From Alphaproteobacteria bacterium (lineage in GTDB: Bacteria; Pseudomonadota; Alphaproteobacteria; Micavibrionales; Micavibrionaceae), in NCBI GenBank assembly GCA_022763065.1, contig JALEGH010000038.1, positions 5,476 through 69,475 on the forward strand: DNA of 64,000 nucleotides, written 5' to 3'. A model generated the notes under the pieces. The model saw only the letters and a program-made list of their open reading frames with translations. It made no database searches and had not been told where the DNA came from. This document shows positions 7,095 through 16,534 of the stretch, one piece after another (positions within the stretch are counted from its first letter, which is position 1; each line of letters begins with the position of its first letter). The translations under genes were made by a program, and so were the position numbers.

Positions 7095-8189
7095 GAATGG
7101 AGTTCGGTGGACCTGAGGGAGTTTTGGCGGCAAGTGGGGTGGATTTTGAATAACATTTTGAATTTGTAACATTACCGCATCTGTCAGTTTTGCAGGTGTA
7201 TCGAAGCCATCCCCGCAAGCTTGTTTGGCAGAGATCGGAGGAAGGTAATATACATCAAGTTCAATCCCGCCCCTAAAACTTGTCGGGATGATATTTTTAA
7301 GCATGTGCAGCCCTTGATTTGGCGCGCCGTCCCCATAATAGGCGAATTGATCACATAATGGATCACCCGCTTTAACATCCTGCCCCTGCACACGTCGTAT
7401 GATCATAGCAACCGGCTGTACGGCAGCTTCGTCTTCTGGACCTGTAATTTCTCCATTATCATCTTGCGTGAATAAGGTACGAAAAATTGTTCGTGTTGGT
7501 TTGACTATAATTTCTTTTCCGGGGGACATTGTTCCTTCTGGGAACAAAAGAAGTCCGTTTCCATCTGGATCATGAACAAGCTCTTTGGATTGATTGTAAA
7601 CAGCAATACGGTTTGCCATTTTTTTGTCTTCCGGGGTTGCATCACCCATGTCTTGGTTGCGCTTCACAGGCATGAGAGCGACATTCGAGAAAGCCTTTCC
7701 GATCAGTGGAGTTTTTTCTACGCCTTGCATAGCAACAACAGGTGCCTTGGTACGGACAAAATGCACGAAACCATCAAGCCAAGAAATGTGGTTAGAAGCG
7801 TATAGTACCTTTTTGTGTCCCAATTCTTTTGCGGTTTGCCCATAGTAATTAACTTTGATGCCGGCATCTTCAAAGGCTTGTGCGACAAAATCAGCACCCA
7901 TTTGAATTTGTGTTTGCTTTTCTCTTTGCGTTTTTGCAGGTTGTTTTAGCGCCCTTACAGTTTTGCTGTGTGTCCAGAGCAAATATTTCAGAATTTTGTA
8001 TCCGTTATAAAAGCTTTTTAAAACCCCAATATTGTTTAGAGGTTGCATCCTGTATTGCTTATACAGACTTCTATCCTCAGGCCATATAGGAACGCCTTTG
8101 GGAAGTGTCAGAATTGCAACGCGCTCAGGTAATGGACGAATTGTTGCTTTGAAGTTCGGATGATCGTTCTTTTTCAGTTTGGTTGCCAT
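7092..8189 (-). CDS. PlsC-family lysophospholipid acyltransferase
   Basis: NHISWLD (H-x4-D) and FPEGT acyltransferase motifs. 365 aa. Confidence 0.75.
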   Translation of the reverse strand: MATKLKKNDHPNFKATIRPLPERVAILTLPKGVPIWPEDRSLYKQYRMQPLNNIGVLKSFYNGYKILKYLLWTHSKTVRALKQPAKTQREKQTQIQMGADFVAQAFEDAGIKVNYYGQTAKELGHKKVLYASNHISWLDGFVHFVRTKAPVVAMQGVEKTPLIGKAFSNVALMPVKRNQDMGDATPEDKKMANRIAVYNQSKELVHDPDGNGLLLFPEGTMSPGKEIIVKPTRTIFRTLFTQDDNGEITGPEDEAAVQPVAMIIRRVQGQDVKAGDPLCDQFAYYGDGAPNQGLHMLKNIIPTSFRGGIELDVYYLPPISAKQACGDGFDTPAKLTDAVMLQIQNVIQNPPHLPPKLPQVHRTPF

Positions 8190-8212
8190 TTTGATTATTC
8201 CTTTTTGTTAAC

Positions 8213-8564
8213 TTACATTGCGACGGTTGGGTTATGTGATCGCGGCATATCTTGCACATCTACAACAGGTGGAAGATGGGGTGGGTTTTGAATGACATTT
8301 TGGATTTGTAACATGGAGGCATCACACACTTTGGAAGGCGTATTAAAACCTTGCTCATAAGCTTGCTTAACAGAAATAGGTGGCAGGTAATAAACATCTA
8401 ATTCAATTCCGCCTCGGTAACTTGTTGGGATAAGGTGTTTTATGACGTGGCCAATTGGGAGTTTCTCTTGGTAATGCAAGATTTTTCAGCTCTGTAGGTA
8501 GATCACGAATTTGAGCCGTGAAATCCGGATGTTTTTTAGATTTTTTTCTTACAGATTGAGACAT
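8213..8564 (-). pseudogene. internal-deletion remnant of a paralog of the 7092..8189 acyltransferase
   Basis: From the ATG at 8564 it reads MSQSVRKKSKKHPDFTAQIRDLPTELKNLALPRETPNWP, which matches the N-terminus of the intact gene. It then jumps out of frame to ...GHVIKHLIPTSYRGGIELDVYYLPPISVKQ...QNVIQNPPHLPP, which matches the last ~70 aa. The catalytic middle is missing. Confidence 0.75.
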
Positions 8565-8651
8565 AGCTACACACTCACCATATTTTTACTATTGTGGTGA
8601 GATTTCTAAAGGCTTGTTTGATTTATGTCAACAAAAAATAAGGGGGCTGAC

Positions 8652-10772
8652 TTACACCTGCCCCAAGGTTTTGATCTTGGCCTTGGGGTGGATTTCGTTT
8701 TGGGACATGACGGTGGTTTGGGAGCGGAAACGCTCAATCACTGATCTGACATAGGGACGCACGGGTGGGGAAGTGAGAAGCACGGGGCTTTCGCCTTCTT
8801 GTGCGAATTCGTCATAGATCTTGCGCACATCATTGATGAAATCCTGCAATTGTGTTGGTGCCATGGCGAGTTGTTTTTCTTCGCCTTCTGCGCCAATAAG
8901 GGCTTCGGCAAAGGCTTGCTCCCATTCTGGTGAGAGTGTGACAAGCGGAACAAAGCCGTTCACATTCACATGTTGGTCACAAATCTGACGGGATAGGCGA
9001 GTACGCACATGCTCGGTAATATGGGCGAAGTTTTTGGTATACACGCTGGCCTCGGCAATGCCTTCTAAAATAGTGGGCAAATCGCGGATGGACACGCGCT
9101 CAGCCACCAGATTTTGCAAAATACGCTGCAACCCGCCTACGGAAATTTGGGCCGGGATCACATCACCGACCAGCTTTTGATATTCCGGCGGTAATTCGTC
9201 GAGAAGTTTTTGGGTTTCGGCGTAAGACAACAGGTCGGACATATTATCCTTCACGATCTCGGTAATATGGGTTGTGATCACGGTTGGCGCGTCTACAACC
9301 GTGTAGCCCTTGAAATGTGCTTCTTCGCGGTGTTGTTCATCAATCCACATGGCGGGCAGGCCAAAGGTTGGCTCGGTCGTGCTTTCGCCGGGAAGGGTGA
9401 TTGCTTCGCCTGTGGGGTCCATACACATGAGCATGCCGGGGCGTACATCTCCGCGTCCCGATTCGATTTCCTTGATCCGTACAGTATAGGTATTGGCGGG
9501 AAGCTGGAGATTATCCTGAATCCGGATGGCTGGTAGAATATAGCCCATATCTTCGGCGAGCTGACGGCGCAGACCTTTAATTTGATCTGTGACCTTATTA
9601 TTGCCTTCTCCTTGAACAAGCGGGAGGAGGCCATACCCCAATTCAAGACGTATCGTATCCATAGCTAGGGCGCGCGAAATGGGTTCTTCCGCCGGTTGAG
9701 CCGCAGGCGAACCATCGGGAGCCGTAGCGGCCTCCAATTGCAAGAGCTCTTCTTTTTCCTCTTGCTTGCGCCAAGCGAAATAGGCAATGGCACCAAAGGC
9801 AAGCGCCAAAAATCCGAAAGGTGCCAAAGGGATGCCGGGAACTAACCCCAAGACCATCATCAAGGCGGCTGTGATGGCAATGGCTTTAGGACGCTTGGAA
9901 AACTGCCCTAGAAGCGCTTGATCGGCCGCACCCTCAACCCCGGCTTTGGAGACCAATAAACCGGCACCAATGGATATGATCAGGGCTGGAATCTGGCTCA
10001 CGAGGCCATCCCCAATGGTCAGGATCGTATAGGTTTCGGCGGCTTCGGCCATATTCATGCCCTTTTGGGCCGTGCCAATGACGATTCCGCCGATAATGTT
10101 GATGAAAACGATCAAAAGTCCGGCAATTGCGTCTCCGCGTACAAACTTGGCCGCACCATCCATCGCACCGAAGAAATTGCTTTCCTGCTCTAATTCGCGC
10201 CGCTTATCCTTGGCTTCTTCTTCGGTGATAATGCCTGAGGATAAATCGGAATCAATCGCCATTTGCTTGCCGGGCATGGCATCAAGGGTAAAACGGGCGG
10301 CCACTTCGGCAATCCGGCCAGAGCCCTTGGTAATAACCACAAAATTCACAATGACCAAAATCGCGAATACGATCCCGCCGACAACATAGCTTCCTTGAAT
10401 GATCAACCCGCCAAAGGCTTCAATAATATGACCCGCAGCGTCCTGTCCGTTATGACCTTCACCTAAAATCAGGCGGGTGGAGGCGACATTTAGACCCAGC
10501 CGAAGAGAAGTGGCGATCAGCAATACGGTTGGAAAGGTTGAAAATTCCAAAGGTTTTTGCAGCGATAAAACCAGCATAAGGATGAACACGGAAAATAAAA
10601 TCGACACAGACAGCCCAATATCCAGAACCCATGTTGGAATCGGGATGAGCATAAACACAAGAATGGCAATAATGCCCACAGAAAGCACCACATCACCGCG
10701 CAAAATCCCGCCGAGCGCGGATTTGAGCTGTGCTGCGCTGTTACTACCGGAATTTGCTGCTTGTTCTGCCAT
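8652..10772 (-). CDS. flhA: flagellar type III export gate protein FlhA
   Basis: 706 aa with an N-terminal polytopic membrane domain, the FHIPEP-type motif ...FVRGDAIAG..., and a large cytoplasmic C-domain. Confidence 0.95.
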   Translation of the reverse strand: MAEQAANSGSNSAAQLKSALGGILRGDVVLSVGIIAILVFMLIPIPTWVLDIGLSVSILFSVFILMLVLSLQKPLEFSTFPTVLLIATSLRLGLNVASTRLILGEGHNGQDAAGHIIEAFGGLIIQGSYVVGGIVFAILVIVNFVVITKGSGRIAEVAARFTLDAMPGKQMAIDSDLSSGIITEEEAKDKRRELEQESNFFGAMDGAAKFVRGDAIAGLLIVFINIIGGIVIGTAQKGMNMAEAAETYTILTIGDGLVSQIPALIISIGAGLLVSKAGVEGAADQALLGQFSKRPKAIAITAALMMVLGLVPGIPLAPFGFLALAFGAIAYFAWRKQEEKEELLQLEAATAPDGSPAAQPAEEPISRALAMDTIRLELGYGLLPLVQGEGNNKVTDQIKGLRRQLAEDMGYILPAIRIQDNLQLPANTYTVRIKEIESGRGDVRPGMLMCMDPTGEAITLPGESTTEPTFGLPAMWIDEQHREEAHFKGYTVVDAPTVITTHITEIVKDNMSDLLSYAETQKLLDELPPEYQKLVGDVIPAQISVGGLQRILQNLVAERVSIRDLPTILEGIAEASVYTKNFAHITEHVRTRLSRQICDQHVNVNGFVPLVTLSPEWEQAFAEALIGAEGEEKQLAMAPTQLQDFINDVRKIYDEFAQEGESPVLLTSPPVRPYVRSVIERFRSQTTVMSQNEIHPKAKIKTLGQV

Positions 10773-10965
10773 AAATGCTGTTTATATGGAATTTGATTTT
10801 GTGTGACGGTGTGTGGTTAAATGTAAAGGGATAAAATAACATTGTATCATATTAATTTTACTGTGCCTTGGTATAAACTGTAAACAAAATTGACCATTTA
10901 GGATGATATTTGTGTTATATTATGGCTAAGTGGTGGTTTGATAGAGGTAAAATAGGGGGTAATTT

Positions 10966-11844
10966 ATGCGAAAGCATGTTCGAAATAAAATCTCACTTTT
11001 ATCTGTTATGGTGATTGGCCTATCTTTGGGCGCTTGTGATCACTATTCCAATGACTTGGCGGCTCTTAAAACAACAGATAGTTATCAGAGCGCTTCGGTG
11101 CAGCATGTCACGGATATTGCGCCGGCGGCTGGGCCGGGAGCGTCATCTGTTATTGATCCCGCTCCATTTTCTGAGCATTTGGCGCGGGAATATACCCGTT
11201 TGGCGTTGAGCGAGCAAGAAGCGTACGACTACCGCGCGGCGAAATATTATACGGCTAAGGCAAAATCATTACGTTCGGGGAAAATGGTGGCTCCGGCTAT
11301 GATGAAAGCAGATGACATTAAGGATCAGGGCATTTTGTCCGAATTGCAGGAGGCACGAAAGCAGTTGGTTGGTGCGATGCACCATTACAATATACCTGAA
11401 AATCGAGGGTCTTTGGCGCGCGCGCAATCGCATTTTGATTGTTGGGTCGATCAGGCGGCAGAGGGAAAAGAGGATAGTCAGTGTAGGTCCGTTTTTGAGA
11501 CATCTATGGCGGCGCTCCAATTTCCGGAAGGTTACGTGAAGTCGATTCCGATTTTGTTTGGTGGTGCTGACGGGCAAATGGCTTCCGTTTCTTACAAAGG
11601 AATGAAGGAGGTTATTGGTTTTTGGAAGCAATATGGTCAGAGCGGTTTGTTTGATTTAACGATTTTAGCGCCTGCTTCTTTTTCACCGGAAACGGTTGAT
11701 TCTCAAGTGGCATCCATTCGCAGTATCTTGAAATATAACGGCGTGTTTGAACCTGTTGAAGTGCAGTTAGGTGAAACTGTGCAAGAGCCTGCCATTCAAA
11801 TTCGTAAAAAAGATAGCGTTTCCGAAGAGCTAGGCTCTATTTAG
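10966..11844 (+). CDS. hypothetical lipoprotein
   Basis: Signal peptide with lipobox LSLGAC. 292 aa. No catalytic motif recognised. Confidence 0.6.
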   Translation: MRKHVRNKISLLSVMVIGLSLGACDHYSNDLAALKTTDSYQSASVQHVTDIAPAAGPGASSVIDPAPFSEHLAREYTRLALSEQEAYDYRAAKYYTAKAKSLRSGKMVAPAMMKADDIKDQGILSELQEARKQLVGAMHHYNIPENRGSLARAQSHFDCWVDQAAEGKEDSQCRSVFETSMAALQFPEGYVKSIPILFGGADGQMASVSYKGMKEVIGFWKQYGQSGLFDLTILAPASFSPETVDSQVASIRSILKYNGVFEPVEVQLGETVQEPAIQIRKKDSVSEELGSI

Positions 11845-13241
11845 CTCGCTTGCGGGATATCCATCCCGTCATCTTTGTATTGATTGAGTTTATTACGGAG
11901 CGTTCTGATTGAAATTCCTAATATTTTAGCGGCGTGTGTCCGGTTCCCCAAACAGTGGTCAAGCGTGTTTAAAATCATATCACGTTCAACTTCTGAAATT
12001 GTTTTACCGATCAACCCTTCGACGCCTTCCGGATTTTCGAGGGGCGAAGAGGCTGGACTTTCTTGCGCACCCGCTCCAGATACACCGGCAGGGTCCGGAG
12101 TTTGCGCAGCAGCAGCGCTACCCGCAACTTTTCCGGCGAATGCACTATCGGACAGGAAGATCGCATCAGCCTCAATTTCATTTTGCGCAGACATTAAAAT
12201 TGCGCGGTGCATGGTGTTTTCTAGTTCCCGAATATTGCCGCGCCATCCATAGGCTTCGAGTTTGGCAATTGCCTCAGAAGAAAGTGGTTTTTTCTCCATC
12301 GCATTATCTTCGGCGAATTTATCACAGAAAAACTGCGCCAGCGCTTTGATATCTCTGGGCCGTTCACGCAGCGCAGGAAGCGGGATATTCACGACATTCA
12401 GGCGGAAATAAAGGTCTTCCCGAAATTCACCTTTTTGAACAGAATCTTCCAAATTCCGGTTGGAGGTTGCAATGATGCGCACATTTACCTTTACAGCGTC
12501 ATTGCTTCCCACACGGGTAATCTCTTTTTCCTGAATGGCGCGTAAGAGCTTGGCTTGCAGACTTGGATGCATTTCCGAAATTTCATCGAGCAGCAATGTG
12601 CCGCCGCTAGCTTCTTCAAATTTTCCAATGCGCCGTCCGGTTGCCCCTGTGAAGGCTCCTTTCTCATGGCCAAAAAGCTCTGATTCCAAAAGGTTTTCAG
12701 GAATGGCGGCGCAATTCACCGCAATAAAGCTTGCGTCTTTGCGCTTGGATTTTTGATGAATGTAGCGTGACATGACTTCCTTGCCTGTTCCTGATTCTCC
12801 GGTAATCAGAATTGTGGCTTCGGACGGGGCAATTTTATCAGCCATTTGAACGACAGATTGCATCGCCGGATCACCTGCGATCATGGTGTTATTTTCTTCC
12901 GTGACGGCTTCTAAAACGGCAGCGATGAGGTCGGCATCAGGAGGCAAGGGAATGTATTCCTTTGCCCCATCCTGAATGGCTTTGACGGCCGCCCGTGATT
13001 CCGTGCCAATACCGCAGGCTACGACGGGCACATGAATGCGCTCCTTTTCCAAATCCTTAATCAGCTTGCCGATTTTTTGTTTTATATCGCACATGACGAT
13101 ATCGGCGCCTTTTCCATTGCGAAGGGCACCAATGGCTTCCACGATATCTTCACAGTGGATGACCTTCGCGCCGCGCTGCAGGGCAATTTTTCCAGCGGCA
13201 CTGATGTGACCTTCCAACTGACCAACAATCATCAATCTCAT
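11841..13241 (-). CDS. flbD: sigma-54-dependent flagellar transcriptional activator (FlbD/FleR type)
   Basis: Receiver-like N-domain, AAA+ motifs GESGTGKE and ESELFGHEKGAFTGA, and a C-terminal Fis-type HTH. The ATG at 13241 gives the MRLMIVG start. The ORF track extends to a GTG at 13286. Confidence 0.8.
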   Translation of the reverse strand: MRLMIVGQLEGHISAAGKIALQRGAKVIHCEDIVEAIGALRNGKGADIVMCDIKQKIGKLIKDLEKERIHVPVVACGIGTESRAAVKAIQDGAKEYIPLPPDADLIAAVLEAVTEENNTMIAGDPAMQSVVQMADKIAPSEATILITGESGTGKEVMSRYIHQKSKRKDASFIAVNCAAIPENLLESELFGHEKGAFTGATGRRIGKFEEASGGTLLLDEISEMHPSLQAKLLRAIQEKEITRVGSNDAVKVNVRIIATSNRNLEDSVQKGEFREDLYFRLNVVNIPLPALRERPRDIKALAQFFCDKFAEDNAMEKKPLSSEAIAKLEAYGWRGNIRELENTMHRAILMSAQNEIEADAIFLSDSAFAGKVAGSAAAAQTPDPAGVSGAGAQESPASSPLENPEGVEGLIGKTISEVERDMILNTLDHCLGNRTHAAKILGISIRTLRNKLNQYKDDGMDIPQAS

Positions 13242-13390
13242 TTTATAGCTATTCCCATTTTCATTTGTGCGTTGTTGCTGCGTCACTCATGTAGCTTACC
13301 TACATTTCGCTCCTTGCGCCTAGCACAAATAAAAAGCGAAACAGCTCTAAAGAATTGCAACAACAAGTTATTCTTTTTCAAAAACCTTCG

Positions 13391-14227
13391 TTAATCAAAA
13401 TAATTAATCTGTTCATTTGGCGGTAACTCACTATTGAGAAGCATTTCCAGCCGTCTGGGGTTATCCTGTCTTGCAATGGATGTCATGGCAATCAGGATCA
13501 GCGTTCTGATTTTTGCTTCATCATTGGAGTTACGCTCCAGCTTAGCTGCCATAGGAGAGAGCACGGCTGTACCCAAAATGGCACCGTAAAAAGTGGTCAA
13601 AAGAGCAACCGCCATTGCTGGACCAATCGTTTCGGGGTCCTGCAAATTGGCCAGCATCTGGACCAAGCCAATCAAGGTTCCGATCAAGCCCATTGCCGGG
13701 GAGATGTCGGCGGCACGGCGCAAAATGCTGGCTGACCTTCTATGGCGCTCCACAAGGGAGTCAATATCTTGGGACAGAATACGTTCAATATCATTGGCAT
13801 TATAGCCGTCTGTCACAATTTGAACGGCCTTGAAAAGTTGTTTGTCTTTTTTGAGCTCATTTTCCAGCTTGGCAAGTGCGAGGAAGCCATGTTTTTTTCC
13901 GATAATGGCAATATCCATCAATTGTCTGGCCATCGTTTGGGCCTTTTGACGTTGTACGAATAGAGAGTTTCCGATCACCTTGCCAGCATTTGAAAATTCT
14001 TCCCAGCTAAAAGAAACGCTGGTCACAGAGATCGTTCCCAACACCACGATCAGGAAGGAGGGAAGGTTGAAGAAGTTCGCATCACTCTTACCGATCCAGA
14101 TGGCAATGCTGATAAGAACGAATGTAAAGACGATGCCAAATATTGTTGTAAAATCAACTGTTGCCCTCTTTCCGGCAATACGGATATTCAAATCATTCGG
14201 ATTATCAGGGGAGGTAGCATCAGCCAT
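13391..14227 (-). CDS. motA: flagellar stator protein MotA
   Basis: MotA/TolQ/ExbB proton-channel topology with a conserved C-terminal TM pair (...GLIGTLIGLVQM...ALLTTFYGAILG). Confidence 0.85.
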   Translation of the reverse strand: MADATSPDNPNDLNIRIAGKRATVDFTTIFGIVFTFVLISIAIWIGKSDANFFNLPSFLIVVLGTISVTSVSFSWEEFSNAGKVIGNSLFVQRQKAQTMARQLMDIAIIGKKHGFLALAKLENELKKDKQLFKAVQIVTDGYNANDIERILSQDIDSLVERHRRSASILRRAADISPAMGLIGTLIGLVQMLANLQDPETIGPAMAVALLTTFYGAILGTAVLSPMAAKLERNSNDEAKIRTLILIAMTSIARQDNPRRLEMLLNSELPPNEQINYFD

Positions 14228-14269
14228 TTTATTATACCGCTTATTATTCTAAATGGTTATTCGCTGCAC

Positions 14270-14674
14270 CTAGCTTTTATCCGATTTCACAATTTCGGTC
14301 ATCGTAATGCCAAGTTTGTCTTCGACTACCACCACTTCACCACGTGCGACAAGACGGTTATTGACGTAGATATCAATGGCCTCTCCGACTTTACGGTCCA
14401 GCTCCACAACTGCACCTCGTCCTAGTTTCAGGAGTTGACTAACCTGCATACTGGAGCGGCCTAAAACAGCCGAGATTTGTACAGGAATATCATAAATGGC
14501 GGTCACGTCATTGGCCATAGCTTCGCCCATTTCCCATTCTTTTTCGGCTGGAATAGTGGCGGAATCAGCTTCTATTTCATCATAAGCAACGCCAGCCTCA
14601 CTGGGCGTGGAATCAGGTGCGGCACTTGCCGCTTCATCTGGTTCTTTTATCTCTTTTTTGTCATCGTCGCTCAT
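14270..14674 (-). CDS. fliN: flagellar motor switch protein FliN
   Basis: Acidic N-terminus and a SpoA-type C-domain (...VELDRKVGEAIDIYVNNRLVARGEVVVVEDKLGI...). Confidence 0.9.
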   Translation of the reverse strand: MSDDDKKEIKEPDEAASAAPDSTPSEAGVAYDEIEADSATIPAEKEWEMGEAMANDVTAIYDIPVQISAVLGRSSMQVSQLLKLGRGAVVELDRKVGEAIDIYVNNRLVARGEVVVVEDKLGITMTEIVKSDKS

Positions 14675-14717
14675 TTCATTTCTCCATTTTGGCGCTTGAA
14701 TTATTGGTTAGGCGCGC

Positions 14718-15467
14718 CTAGCCATTTGATTCTTCATCTTCTTTTATAGCATTATTTGAGCCCGGCGTAAGGTCCGAGTTGCTTTTTGACATGACTTGTT
14801 CAACAAGCAATTGCTCAATTATCTCTTTTATGTCATTTACGCTTTGATTTGGATCGCGGATCATACCGCCATCTTGCCATGATAGGGCGCACGCACCACT
14901 ATCCAGAGTACTATCTGCCACAACTTTATAACGTGGGGCATCTTCGGGATCAGGCCAGATTTGCGCAATAAGCGCATCAATATCAGACGCCGTATCGGGA
15001 TGGACCTCAATGCGGATTTCGGATTGACCTGATTGATTTTGTAAAACTTTCAGCAAGGCATCCCGCAGCGCTTCTTTGCCCAAACGGTTCTGAAGTGAAG
15101 GCGCCACAAGTGACAGAATTTCAAGAGCAAGCTTAAGAGATTCTTCCTCATATTGCCGCTCACGGTAAATTTCATTGGCAAAAAGAGTAGAAAAGTTCTC
15201 GGCGATATTTTTCAGGATATCGGTAACATATTGCTCCCGACTTTCTTTTTCTTCCTGAACGCCTTTGCGCCGTCCGGTTTCAAAGGAAACTGTTTTGGCC
15301 GCATCCAACTCTTCTTCGCTGAAAGTTGGAGGAGGCGGGGGGAGATCCTCTTCAACTTCTTCCTCTTCTTCCACTTCCGGGGTGTCGGGTTCGTCGAAGT
15401 TATTCAGGTCAAAGAGAAATTTTTTCTTTGGATCGTGATTGGAATTATTATGATTATGGCTTTGCAT
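14718..15467 (-). CDS. fliH: FliH-like flagellar export protein (position of Caulobacter flbE)
   Basis: Located between fliG and fliN. Acidic Glu-rich N-terminus, coiled-coil middle, and a FliH-like C-terminus. Assigned mainly by synteny. Confidence 0.5.
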   Translation of the reverse strand: MQSHNHNNSNHDPKKKFLFDLNNFDEPDTPEVEEEEEVEEDLPPPPPTFSEEELDAAKTVSFETGRRKGVQEEKESREQYVTDILKNIAENFSTLFANEIYRERQYEEESLKLALEILSLVAPSLQNRLGKEALRDALLKVLQNQSGQSEIRIEVHPDTASDIDALIAQIWPDPEDAPRYKVVADSTLDSGACALSWQDGGMIRDPNQSVNDIKEIIEQLLVEQVMSKSNSDLTPGSNNAIKEDEESNG

Positions 15468-15478
15468 GCAATGTATAA

Positions 15479-16498
15479 TTAATAGATAAGCTCATCTTCT
15501 TCGGCACCGCTTGAGATTGTGATTTCTCCTCGGGCTTCAAGTTCTTTGGCAATACCGACAATATATTGCTGCGACTCTTCAACATCTTTTAAACGGACCG
15601 GTCCCATGGCAGCCATATCTTCTTTCATAATCTTGGCGGCGCGCTCTGACATATTGGAAAAGAAAAGATCGCGCACTGTTTCCGTTGCGCCTTTTAGGGC
15701 TGTGGGCATTTTTTCCTTATCACAAGCCCGGATGAGGGTCTGGATGGAACCTGGATCGAGACGTTGAAGATCCTCAAAGGTGAACATAAGGCTGCGAATT
15801 TTTTCTGCAGATTCCGGCACTGTTTTTTCCAGCATTTCCATGAAACTTTGTTCGGCCGCACGGTCGAAGTTATTGAAGATGTTGGCCATGACCTCGTGAC
15901 TGTCCTGACGGGCGGTTCTGGCGAGGTTGGACATGAATTCGGTACGAAGTGTTTTTTCAACATCATCAAGCACATCGCGTTGAACTGCTTCCATGCGTAG
16001 CATTCGGTGAATGACCTCAAGTGCAAAATTATCAGGCAGTAGCGATAAAACCCGTGCGGCGTGATCGGTTGAAATTTTAGACAAAACTACGGCTACCGTT
16101 TGCGGATATTCTTTTTGCAGGAAGTTTGCCAGAATTTCTTCATTCACATTGGTGAGCTTCTCCCACATGGTGCGTCCGGCAGGCCCGCGTATCTCCTCCA
16201 TGATGCTTTCGATTTTTTCAGGACTCATCCCCGCCTTGGCGAGCAGACGCTCGGTACTTTCCTGTGTACCAACGAGGGAATTGGCGGAGCTCATTTGTTC
16301 GGCAAATTCAACAAAAAGGCGCTCTACCACGTTGGCGTCAATTTTCCCCAGCACAGCCATTGTTTGGGAGATTTCTAAAATCTCTTCATCATCCATATGC
16401 TCGAATATTTTGGCGGTATATTCCTCGCCAAGGGCCAGCATAAAAATGGCTGCTTTCTCAGGGCCGCTCAATGTTCTATAATCATCACGTATGCGCAT
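15479..16498 (-). CDS. fliG: flagellar motor switch protein FliG
   Basis: 339 aa with [17 protein letters not shown] at the N-terminus and a MFTFEDL motif. Confidence 0.95.
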   Translation of the reverse strand: MRIRDDYRTLSGPEKAAIFMLALGEEYTAKIFEHMDDEEILEISQTMAVLGKIDANVVERLFVEFAEQMSSANSLVGTQESTERLLAKAGMSPEKIESIMEEIRGPAGRTMWEKLTNVNEEILANFLQKEYPQTVAVVLSKISTDHAARVLSLLPDNFALEVIHRMLRMEAVQRDVLDDVEKTLRTEFMSNLARTARQDSHEVMANIFNNFDRAAEQSFMEMLEKTVPESAEKIRSLMFTFEDLQRLDPGSIQTLIRACDKEKMPTALKGATETVRDLFFSNMSERAAKIMKEDMAAMGPVRLKDVEESQQYIVGIAKELEARGEITISSGAEEDELIY

Positions 16499-16534
16499 AT
16501 CAGATCTCTATTATAGCATTATAACCTTGATATT

